A stretch of 64,000 bases of DNA from NCBI RefSeq assembly GCF_001194135.2, contig NC_069005.1, forward strand, positions 34,491,762 to 34,555,761, given 5' to 3'. The notes under the pieces were generated by a model. The model did no database searches, had not been told where the DNA came from, and saw nothing but the letters and a program-made list of their open reading frames with translations. The translations under genes and the position numbers were made by a program. Positions 53,523-64,000 of the stretch are shown here, in pieces. The DNA comes from Octopus bimaculoides (taxonomy: Eukaryota). Numbering within the stretch: position 1 is the stretch's first letter; every line of letters starts with the position of its first letter.

Positions 53523-53687
53523 GTGAGTGACGGAAACACTAACCTGTGTCCGGAGAAGATCGGTTTAATACACGTATATATTTACCTTGATATATATATG
53601 GTATAATTGTATATTTTAGTTTCCACATATTTTTTATCTACCCTAATGAGTGGATAAAAAGGAATAGGCACTTGCTATGAAAGGATG

Positions 53688-53890
53688 GAGGTGTAGTAGA
53701 ATCGCTAGAATGCTGGAGAAACTATCTTGTGGCTATTTTTTCTGGTCCTTTACGTTCTGCTTCAAACCCTGTCAGGAATTTTGCCTTTTATGTCTTGGGT
53801 TCGATGAAATGCATTAGTTGGTGTCTAGTAGGTATTGGTCAATGTAGTCGAGTCCTTCTCTCTCCACAAATGTTTGACCTTGTGTCTATG
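53688..53890 (+). mobile_element. SINE family A, strongly decayed
   Basis: AGAATCGCTAG head, CTTTACGTTCTG, TTTGCCTTT, TCGATGAAAT and TGACCTTGTGTCTA tail occur in family A order. Confidence 0.55.
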
Positions 53891-54016
53891 TAATAAGCAA
53901 TCGCAAGACTGCTCTGAACCTCAATCCATTTCATTTTTTTGCAAAGACGTTTTGCATCGCAGAAGTGTTTCTGTTGTATTTGCGAGATTCTTATTATTGC
54001 TGCTATTGAACGCATA

Positions 54017-54236
54017 TGGGGTGCTGAAAACTCCCTGGCTTTGAGAGTCTTATGAAAGGTCTACTTTTAGGCCTAACCTTCCGGGTTCTTTTACAGGGCT
54101 TTAGAATAACTAAAGGACTGCTGCAATAAGTGTGTGAATCTGAGAAGGGGAATATGTTGAATAAAATCATAATTAAATAATCCTCTTGTATTTTCCTTTA
54201 CCCAAAACCAGGAACTCTTCAGTCCTTCCCTCAACG
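54017..54236 (-). mobile_element. Mariner-derived MITE, copy 3 (opposite orientation)
   Basis: GGGGTGCTGAAAACTCCCTGGCTTT at the left end and CCAGGAACTCTTCAG...CG|TA at the right. The interior (GCAATAAGTGTGTGAATCTGAGA...GGAATATGTTGAATAAAATCATAATTAA) is the reverse complement of copies 1 and 2. Confidence 0.85.
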
Positions 54237-54246
54237 TACATGTATA

Positions 54247-54293
<47 letters not shown>

Positions 54294-54973
54294 TTAGTTA
54301 GTTAGTGTGTGTGTATATATACATGTATATGTATATACATGCATGGATTTATATATATATGTATGTATTTATACATGTGTGTACGTGTATGCGTGTATGT
54401 GAGTGTATATACACCGTAATGACAACAAACATGAAAACGGGACAAAACAGGAAGTACAGAATTTCAAATTTAAAAAGAATGATATTAGTCTCAGACTTCA
54501 ATGGGAATCATTACAAAGTCTTTTTCCATTTTTTTTTTTTTTCAATTTTTAACGTTGATCATTGCGTATAATTTAGATTTATAAAGCAGAATAAATGCAT
54601 GAATTAAATTTAGAAACCTCATAATTATATTTATCGTCACCAATGGAAAACTTTCGACTTGTTTATTTACAGATAGAATAAACTTCTTTAACCTTATTTT
54701 ATATGACTATGTAAAGTTGACTGATAGTTCGATTAAATCTCTTTCTTTAGATAAGCTTTGTGATAGATTAACTAATCTGAATCAGAATAGGACTGAAACA
54801 TTAGCTGTGAAACGTTTAGCAGTGAAACTTATTGAACGCGAAGAATCTGAAGAATAAACATATTTAGAAATCTAATAAACTCATTCATTTAACCTCTTGA
54901 AATATAAATTTTTGCATATATCAAATTAATCTAAAGTCCTTCATATTTGAATTGCATCAAGGCATTATTTATA

Positions 54974-55193
54974 TTCTTTTCAACTCTAGGCAGGTAGAAG
55001 GCCTTGGGAGGGGGGAGGGGGAAGGGGGAAGTCGATTGGATCGACCTCAGTACGCAACTGGTACTTAATTTATCGACCCCGAAAGGATGAAGGCAAAGTC
55101 AACCTCGGCAAAATTTGAACTCAGAACATAAAGACAGACGAAATACCGCTCAGCATTTCGCCCAACCAACGTTTCGGCCAACTCGGCGCCTTG
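54974..55193 (-). mobile_element. SINE family A, well conserved
   Basis: GATCGACCTCAGTACGCAACTGGTACTTAATTTATCGACCCCGAAAGGATGAAGGCAAAGTCAACCTCGG...TTTGAACTCAGAAC is nearly identical to 24961-25060. Confidence 0.88.
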
Positions 55194-55329
55194 GACATTA
55201 TTTATATTGAGCACGTATTCGGGTATAATTCTGTGCGCGCGCGCGCGTGTGTGTGCGTGCGTGCGTGTGTCTATATGTATATGTACATATATAAGATATA
55301 TTTACATGTACACACATACACACACACAC

Positions 55330-55374
<45 letters not shown>

Positions 55375-55807
55375 TATGCACATATATATACATATATCTA
55401 TATGCATAGATAAGTACATATATCTACACATGCATGCTCACGCGCACACAGATGAGGTGGATTTGTCCTACGCCCAAACAACTTTAATTAATGAAGAGTG
55501 GTACCTCTAATCAAATGTGCTGAGCGCTACTTTCTTTCATATGTTCACTCACATTACTCGTACACACGCGCGTGTGTGCCTGTGTATGTGTGTGTGTGTG
55601 TTTGTGCAGGTGCGTATCTGTGCGTGCATGTGTGTGTGTATGTGTGTGTGTGTGTGTGTGTGTGTATATCTAGCATTTTATGTCCGCTTTTTATGCTGGG
55701 GCACATGCGATCACACACACATATCGTTGTACTACTATCACAGCCAGCACCATTACCACTGCCACACAATACACCAACCATCCAACTACTACTACTACTA
55801 CCTCTGC

Positions 55808-55870
<63 letters not shown>

Positions 55871-56855
55871 ATTTCCGAAAGATCTACAAGTGTAACCCGT
55901 CACAACGACCTCCACCGCCACGTCTCTCTCTTTCAGTCATTCCTACTTCACCCTCACCACAACAACCATCAACACCACTGAACCAGCACCAAATTCTATA
56001 CACCACTCACCTATATACACACTCAACCACCCACCCACCTACCCACNNNNNNNNNNNNNNNNNNNNNNNNNNNNNNNNNNNNNNNNNNNNNNNNNNNNNN
56101 NNNNNNNNNNNNNNNNNNNNNNNNNNNNNNNNNNNNNNNNNNNNNNNNNNNNNNNNNNNNNNNNNNNNNNNNNNNNNNNNNNNNNNNNNNNNNNNNNNNN
56201 NNNNNNNNNNNNNNNNNNNNNNNNNNNNNNNNNNNNNNNNNNNNNNNNNNNNNNNNNNNNNNNNNNNNNGGGGCAAATGATCGATAGATCAATAAAAGAA
56301 ATTGAGAGTGAGGTGTAGAATTCGACAACGTCTCTAACATGGGGCTGGTGGCGGGGTGGATGAGAAAGGCAGAGAGGAGTGGCGGTGGTGAGGTGGTGAG
56401 GTGGCGGCAGCGAAAGCAGAAGTAGCAGCATTGTGTATGTGGTGGAGTGGGTGGTGAATGTGGGGAGTAGGAGGAGGGGTAGGAATGGTAGAGGGGAGAG
56501 TAGATGTGAGGGTGGTGGTTGCTGAAATCATGCTGGGGGAAGAAATTGTATTTAATTGTTGTTCATGATGATAATGATGGTGATGATGTTGATAGCGATG
56601 ATGATGATGATGATGATGATGATGTTGCAAATATAGGGGTGGTAGTGGAGGTGGTGACGGTGTGTGTTGTAGTTCTTGTCCGTGTTTTTCTTTAACACCA
56701 AGGCTTGCCCTTACCAATCATTGTCGATGCTCAAAAGCGATCCAACCGTGACTATCATGCACTTTTGTGCATCAAACAGAGATGATACAAAGAAGAGGTG
56801 ACATAGGTAGAAGTAGTTGTTTATGGCTGTTTTTTTTCTTTTCGTTACTGTACGT

Positions 56856-56892
<37 letters not shown>

Positions 56893-56947
56893 CAGTAGTA
56901 GTAGCAGCAGCAGCAGCAACAGTAGTAGTAGTAGTAGTAGTAGTTGT

Positions 56948-56978
<31 letters not shown>

Positions 56979-57083
56979 TGTGACTGTTGATATTAAACAA
57001 CCTAATTAATAACTATATTTCCATATTTCCGTATTTAGGTCACATAGTTTCTTCAAGCCATCAAATCAGTTGTTGTTGTTGTT

Positions 57084-57125
<42 letters not shown>

Positions 57126-57784
57126 ATCATACATGACATTAAATTCTGGGTAAAATGTCCGGTTTCTGTAGCTAAGAATTTTTCTATCTATGCAGCCCTA
57201 CTTGCGTGCATGTGTGTGTGTGTGTATTTACACAAACACACACATATATGTACACATATATATTTGCGCGTGTATACATGTATTTATAGCTATTTATGTA
57301 AGCATGTGTGTATATATGTATACGTATGTGTGTGTGTGTGTGTGCGTCTGTACATATGCATCTATTTATGTACATATATATATACATGAGAGTGTTTGTG
57401 TGTATGCATGTATATGTGCATGCATACAGGTATGCATGAATGTATACATGCTTGTATATGTATGCATGTATGTATGTATGTATGTATGTATGCGCAATAT
57501 ATTTTCTTTTATTATTTCCCGTAAAACATTTACCCCCACCATCATCGCCAGGTATGTGTAGAATCCAGAACGTACACACCACACAAAATGCACTCCAGCG
57601 TTGCCCGGATTGTTGATAACAATAACACAATGATCAAATGGTATTGCAATACATGTCTCTGATAAGGAAAAATTGATTTGAAATTGTACCAATCAGTGAG
57701 CATGCTGTGCATCCCGACCAATGAAGGGACATGCACCATGGGTCGACTCGTGTGTGTATATGACCTTAATTTGCTTTCGCATAG

Positions 57785-57822
57785 ATGCGCGGTGTTGTTG
57801 TTGCCTTCACTGAGGTTATCAG
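57785..57822 (+). other. Candidate 38-nt exon
   Basis: CCTTAATTTGCTTTCGCATAG|ATGCGCGGTGTTGTTGTTGCCTTCACTGAGGTTATCAG|GTAAGA. Strong donor; open as MRGVVVAFTEVI or CAVLLLPSLRLS; no protein recognised. Confidence 0.3.
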
Positions 57823-57933
57823 GTAAGACATTTGATTTCCATCACACCACCCACCTTATAGTACACGTTCAAAGATTCTGAAAAATCAGGAGATTGTAGC
57901 AAAATCCTGATGAACATTGTGGCTAACAGAATG

Positions 57934-58025
57934 AATAATAGGCATGAATATATACTAATAATAGGCATGAATATATACTAATAATAGGCATGAATATATA
58001 CTAATAATAGGCATGAATATATACT
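57934..58025. repeat. 23-bp minisatellite, 4 perfect copies
   Basis: (AATAATAGGCATGAATATATACT)x4, starting at 57934, 57957, 57980 and 58003. Confidence 0.97.
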
Positions 58026-59204
58026 AACAACGAAAAGCAACTTTGATTAAATTGGGTTGAATAAAGAGAAAAGTTCGAAGGTAAAAAAGCTGGAAACGTT
58101 TCAGTCATTGTTTCATGTCTTTACAAAACTTCAACGAATATAGGCTCTTACTGTGCGTAAATCTTGGGGAAATTTCATTGAATTTAAACCTGAGAACATT
58201 GGCATTTTTGAGTCGTTTGCTACCAAGAAAATCTACATGGACAAATTGTTTTTCGGTAGTAATGCCAGAAGCGGTCACAATTATACCAGAACACCGTTCA
58301 TTAGTCAAGTTTTTGTTAAAAAATAGGGATTTGTGCAAAGAAATGGTATCACAATACTTGAAAGACATTGCTTAATCATGGCAGGTAGGTAGGTAGGTAG
58401 GTAGACCTTATAATGTAAAATAGTATAAAATCTATCCACTGATGCCATTACTAAACACGCTTATAATTGAAAATGTCAAGTCACATAATACAAACGATTT
58501 TAAACGACAATGAAATGCTTTAAAACAACGGTTAAAATATTAAAAAAGAGAAGCAAAAACATCTTACACATTTCTATGACGTCAGTAAAATTGTGAACAT
58601 AATTGAATATCGTGGAAGTAGATTTTAAAAGTGTCCGTGTCGGTATGAATATTCGCTGTTACAAAAATGTTTAACGGTTTCTTTAACTAAGAAATATTAT
58701 ATTTAATGAGGGCATGTTTTAACACCTTTGCTGTGTAGGTCATTTCTAGCAGTCAGCCATGTCTGTCTGTCTCTAATCTACACCTGAACTCTCATGCAAT
58801 ATTGACAACAGTAGATATAATTACCCTAAACCTTATAGTCAACACACTGACGACATCTACAATCGCCATTCCACTGCACAATAGCTATTCTTAATCCGCA
58901 TATCAATATCGGAGATAACGAGAGCATGTATTCGTTTGATATGCTAGAAACAGTAAATGAATCCGTCCACTCAAAACAACCAGAAACCAAGGCCATCTCT
59001 TGAAAGCAATTATGACTTGTTTGTTTGTTCCACGCACTCAATAATTGCTTTATATGATCAGGGTCAGACATGGACACCTACTTGGCCCTCTCGCTTTTGA
59101 GCAAATGGAACATCCACCACGCGATAGCTTGAAGGATAATTACCTACTACTTATTTCTGTTGAGCAGACACTAGTATGTATGCAATTGAATGAAGTAACG
59201 TTAA

Positions 59205-59295
59205 ATGAAGTACTTTGTCCAAGGAGGCAATGAACTACCAGGTACAGGAATCGAACCAACGTTCTTATGTTCGTGAGCTCTCACTTTAGCTCTAC
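59205..59295 (-). mobile_element. tRNA-SINE head fragment
   Basis: AAGTACTTTGTCCAAGG...GGAATCGAACC...GTGAGCTCTCACT is the reverse complement of a B box (GGTTCGATTCC) followed by a CCTTGGACAAAGTACTT CORE-like block. Confidence 0.55.
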
Positions 59296-59360
59296 GTCAG
59301 ACTTTCATACCTGTGTATCTATATGCTTGTGTATGCATGTCTATAACACACACATATCAC

Positions 59361-59408
<48 letters not shown>

Positions 59409-59526
59409 TATTATCATCATCATCATCCTTTTTAATGATGATTACGTATGAATTAACGGGTTTGGCTCTTATTTCTAGCAGACTGAATAGCTACATCGAG
59501 ATATAGGCTTATGCTGAAGTCACAGT

Positions 59527-59592
<66 letters not shown>

Positions 59593-60500
59593 GAGTGAGA
59601 TTGATGGAATTATAAAACAGTGAAAGTGGGGGGGGGGCAAGATAGTTTCCCCTCCCATCAATGTCAACTTCTTTGGCCCTATAAACAACACAAAGTGACC
59701 TCTACAGGCGCCAAAATACATTTAATTTCATTAAATATATTTGAGGACTATTCATATCACAAATTACTATTTTAATGGCCGTCATTGTAGAGTTGCTGTT
59801 GTTGTTGTTGTCGCCGTCGTCGTCGTCGTTGTTGTTGTCGTAGTTGTTGTTGTTGTTGCTTTTATTGCTGTTTTTCTTGTTGTTGGTTGTATTAATTGTC
59901 GTTGTTGATTTGTTACTGTTGTTGTTGTTATTCACGTTGTTGTTGTTGATGTTCTTGTTTACTGATACTGTTCTGGATGTCGATCTGTTATTGTATTTTT
60001 TGTTTATTTTTGTGCTTGCTGTTATTGTTGATGCTGTTTTTTTATGTTATTGATGCTGATGCTGACGGTATGTTGTTGATGTTGTTGATGTTGCCTTTTT
60101 CATCGTTGACACATCTGATGACGTTGTTGTCCTCATTCTTGATGCTGATGTTGTTGTCATTGTGGTTGAGAATCTTTCAACCGCACACAAAATACCTTGC
60201 GGTATTTGCTTCGGCCCTTTACATCGAGTGGTCAAATCCCACCGAGGTCAAGCTTAGCCGTCCATTGAGCTTTTGCTTTTCTTATTTTCACATATCATCC
60301 TTTTTTTAAGAAACTAAAGTGTGATTTAAGGGAGATTTGCCAGCTGTTTCTAGCATAATACGATTACCTAAAGTCTTCCTACACACTCGACGCTCTAACC
60401 ACTGAGCCATGCGCCTTCACACACACGCGCGCGTGTGTGTGTGTATGTGTGTGTGTTTGTGTGTGTGTGTATGCGCGCGTGTGTGTGTGTATACATAGAA

Positions 60501-60654
60501 GACGGGCTTTTTTCAGTTTCTGCCTATCAAATCCACTCACAAGGCTTTGGTCGGCCCGAGGCTATAGTAAAAGACACTTGCCCAAGATGCCATGCAGTGG
60601 TATTGAACCCGGAACCATGGGATTGGTAAGCAAGCTACTTACTACACAGCCACT
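60501..60654 (-). mobile_element. tRNA-derived SINE 5' half with CORE-like block, running into a (CA)n tract
   Basis: The reverse complement reads GTGGCTGTGTAGTAAGTAGCTTGCTTACC...GGTTCCGGGTTCAATACC...CTTGGGCAAGTGTCTTTTACTATAGCCTCGGGCCGACCAAAGCCTTGTGAGTGGATTTG. A head fragment of the same type lies near 47975-48012. Confidence 0.8.
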
Positions 60655-60724
60655 CTTGTGCATAATTCCTGTAAACTTGAGGATAATATTGATTGATCAA
60701 ATTTTGACAGAAGATCAACAATTC

Positions 60725-60902
60725 CGGGGAAGTGGGGTGAGTTGATTACATCGATCTCAGTGTTCAACTGGTACTTATTCTATGGACCCCGGAAAAATGA
60801 AATGAAAAGTTGACTTCAGTGGAATTTGAGCTCAAAACATGAAGACTTACGCACTGCCGCTAAGCAACTTGTCCGGCGTGCTCACGATTCCGCCAGCTTG
60901 AG
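60725..60902 (-). mobile_element. SINE family A
   Basis: ATCGATCTCAGTGTTCAACTGGTACTTATT...GGAATTTGAGCTC...CCGGCGTGCTCACGATTCCGCCAGCT. Confidence 0.78.
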
Positions 60903-62064
60903 GACAATATTAACAAGATGTGTGGCCTCTTTTGGACTCGTGACATTTACATCACGCCATATTTCGAAGGTTATGTTTTTGCAATGCAAGATGAGAAGAT
61001 AACTACGAAATATGTCATGAACCAAACACAACGATGCAACTGAAAATATCGATTAACCCATGTAATAACACATACGATCAACAATCATTCAAAAATGTCA
61101 TTTAGGTACTAACATCTTATGATGTTGTTAAACAATGTTCAACACCATCTGCAACAAAAAGTACCCTGGGGCAAATTGGACTTCAGACGAAGTTTTTTGT
61201 TATTGAACGCATACTTATAGACACAAGGGATGTTGTTTTGTACAAGTAAATATTTTTTTCCAGTAGGAGAACATTTGCGAACAGCTGCATCGCAACCTGC
61301 ATCTTTTCTACTCTGCTAAGAAATTTATATTTATACGAAGAATTATTTCATCTGTATTATTGGTAAATATTTAAATGACAAACGCGAAAACCTAGGATTT
61401 TCAAGTATATATATTTTGTAAGGCATTATAATACTATCCATGTATAAGAAACTTCATATATTTTTTTTACCTAATTTTTGACAAAAAATGGTTCCTTTTA
61501 CACGTTAAATTACGGTACTTTACGATGCAATTTGTGAGCGGAATTCTAAGTTCAGCACCTATTGCGTTTAGTATACAAAAATTGAAGCAATGAAACTTTG
61601 TTTCTTTGTTAGAAGCCAGTTCCCCCCTTGTAGAAAGAATTCAAATAATTAACAAAGAATGAAACTATACTGTGCATGCATATATGGTCTACACAGCTAT
61701 GTCTAACAACTGAAGCAATGAACAGAGTAACAAACAGAATTAGGTTATCGGCAGAAATAGTCCAAGGTAACAGCTGGTCTCTAATAATTTGTACCTCACA
61801 GACAACCAATGATTCTGTAATATTCTTGTAGTCAGTCAATATTCATAGCATTCAGATAAAGTTGCATCTGGTCATAACATTCTCACAGGATATGGGAATG
61901 GAGTTTGATCCGTTTTAATATTCATATTTGGTGGTCAACTGCGAAAAGATTGTTGACCAGACAAAGAATATGGATATCAATGGCTTGTTTATTTCCCCTA
62001 TGTCTAATGATAAACCTCGGAATTGGTGAGAATCTCTGAATAATAACAGTCAATATAAATATTG

Positions 62065-62265
62065 GTTAAGACAGTACGCCGGACGAAATGCTTTGCGGTA
62101 TTTCGTCTGTCTTCACGTTCTGAGTTCTAATTCCGCCGACGTTGACTTTGCCTTTCATTCTTTCGGGGTCGATAAAATAAGTACCAGTTGAACATTGGGG
62201 TCGAGGTAATCGACTCGTCCCCTTTCTCTGAAGTGCTGGCCTTGTGCCAAAATTTGAAATCAGTA
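62065..62265 (+). mobile_element. SINE family A
   Basis: GCCGGACGAAATGCTTTGCGGTATTTCG...GTTGACTTTGCCTTTCATTCTTTCGGGGTCGATAAAATAAGTACCAGTTG...GGCCTTGTGCCAAAATTTGAAA. Confidence 0.88.
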
Positions 62266-62349
62266 TTAATGTTGCTTGGTTGGTTGGTTGGTCGGTTGCT
62301 CGGTTTCTCCAGTCACGTTTTATATCAAACAGAGAAAGGAGGAGAGAGC

Positions 62350-62445
62350 GTAAGAACGAAAGGCAAAGTCGACCTCGGCGGAATCAGAACGCAAAGACAT
62401 TCGAAATAGCGCTGAGCGTTTCGCCCGGCGGAACCTGCCAGCTGA
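62350..62445 (-). mobile_element. SINE family A, 5' half
   Basis: GAAAGGCAAAGTCGACCTCGGCGGAAT...TTCGCCCGGCG...CTGCCAGCT. Confidence 0.78.
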
Positions 62446-62557
62446 ACAAGTTTCATCATCACAGCTGAACATGTAACTTTAAAGAAAGGAATTTGGGGCT
62501 GTGCTCTGTGTGTGTGTGTGTGTGTGTGTATGCATATATTTATGTGCGCATGTCGTT

Positions 62558-62758
62558 GTGTCTGTGTTTGTCACCACCCTATCACTGCTTGACAACCGGT
62601 GTTGGTGTGTTTACATCCCCTTAACAAGAGACTGATTGAATAAGTTCTAGGCTTAAAAAAGTAAATCTTGGGGTCGATTTGTTCGGCTAAAAAAAAGCCT
62701 CTAAGGCGATGCCCTAAAGCAGTCAAATGAGTGAAACAAGTAAAAGAATAAAAGAATA
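62558..62758 (+). mobile_element. SINE-like 3' segment (family D), preceded by a (TG)n tract
   Basis: GCTTGACAACCGGTGTTGGTGTGTTTACATCCCC...GGGGTCGATTTGTTCG...GCAGTCAAATGAGTGAAACAAGTAAAAGAATAAAAG matches 47310-47451. Confidence 0.72.
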
Positions 62759-62830
62759 TATATATACAACAAACCATGAAAAGGCCAACACCGGGGAAGA
62801 AAGTTTGACAAATGCGGTTTCAATAGAAAG

Positions 62831-62867
<37 letters not shown>

Positions 62868-63187
62868 TGTCTGTCTGTGGCTGTGTGTGCGCACGTGTCA
62901 TATAAATAGACAGATAGAACGAGAGAGAGTGAAATGTGTAAGTAAATGTACAATTTATATTATACAAATATATATACAGCGCTGGATTATCATTAAGCAA
63001 AATAAGTATATACTCAAAAATGGTAAATGGCGTACAACACAAAAGAAATCACTTTGAACTTGCTAAAATAATATCTGGGATGGATGCCTTGTCTCTACTA
63101 AGTATAGGAGCAGATGTGTTTCGTAACATTAATTTTAAGGATGCGATCAAATACTTTGCAATTAAACAAAGTAGGAGAAAACTTTCC

Positions 63188-63227
<40 letters not shown>

Positions 63228-63823
63228 GGATGGATGGATGGATGGATGTATGGATGGATGGATGGGTGGATGGGTGGGTAGGTGGGTGGGTATCCTCCAA
63301 AGTGCAACAAACTTTTGTTTATATTTAATCCAAATAGCGAATACCCATACGCCGACATATTATTATACCACCGTAATTATAGTTCGGTAAATGGTTTTGG
63401 GATGGGGGAGAATTTGTTGTTGTTTTAGTCTGGATGAAGGGACAGTGCCCAGAGCCTTGAATAAGCCTTGTGAAACAATGACATTAGCACGTTTAATGTT
63501 CCACTTCAATATTTGCAGAAAGGAAATTCCACAGAGATATGGGTCTCTGTGTCTGCATGTATGTGTGTAAGAGTGTATATCTGTGTATGTGTGTAGGTAT
63601 TTATGTGTGTGTGTGTGTGTGCGTGTATGTACGTGAGTGTAAAAGTATGCATGTGTCTGTGAGTGAGTGTGTATATAAGAATTATATAAACGGTACAACT
63701 TACACAGATATAACAGCCTCAATTTACCGAGTTGTTGTTGGTAAACTCCACAAACAACGATAACGTTGCTGTTGATATCAACACAACTATCTCTCTGCTT
63801 CTTTCTGTCTGTGTCTATCGATC

Positions 63824-63862
<39 letters not shown>

Positions 63863-63958
63863 GGGGGGAGTATATATGTATAAGCGTGTCTAGGCGTGTG
63901 TTGAGATGGGATGTGAAGGTTATTCGCATGTATGTATGTATGTATGTATGTATGTATG

Positions 63959-64000
<42 letters not shown>

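Noticed and set aside
61609-63530. Several 45-75 codon open stretches with weak splice signals
   Set aside because: No recognisable motifs and no consistent acceptor-donor pairs.

Overview
AT-rich eukaryotic genomic DNA, about 6% N (12 scaffold gaps, most abutting microsatellites), saturated with di-, tri- and tetranucleotide repeats and tRNA-type SINEs. The repeat landscape resembles a coleoid cephalopod, probably Octopus; this is pattern recognition, not a database result. No intact protein-coding gene is recognisable, and nearly all supplied ORFs are translated microsatellites or run through gaps. The window is best read as intergenic DNA or long introns. Well-supported elements: a dispersed, 5'-truncated 5S rRNA copy (22605-22716, minus) joined directly to a 47-bp near-perfect palindrome; a decayed DD37D (maT-type) Tc1/mariner transposase; an RTE-like LINE fragment; three copies of a mariner-derived MITE within 4 kb; at least 14 copies of one SINE family, several in close inverted pairs; other SINE families; a probable non-autonomous Helitron end; and several minisatellites. 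The leads most worth a second look are the fold-back and palindromic structures (4229-4492, 22717-22763, 31216-31301, 32390-32510), an ACGT-core motif cluster, a CRE plus phased CCAAT module, and candidate micro-exons and AG|GT recursive splice sites. All are speculative. I did not find convincing evidence of a new multi-gene system.
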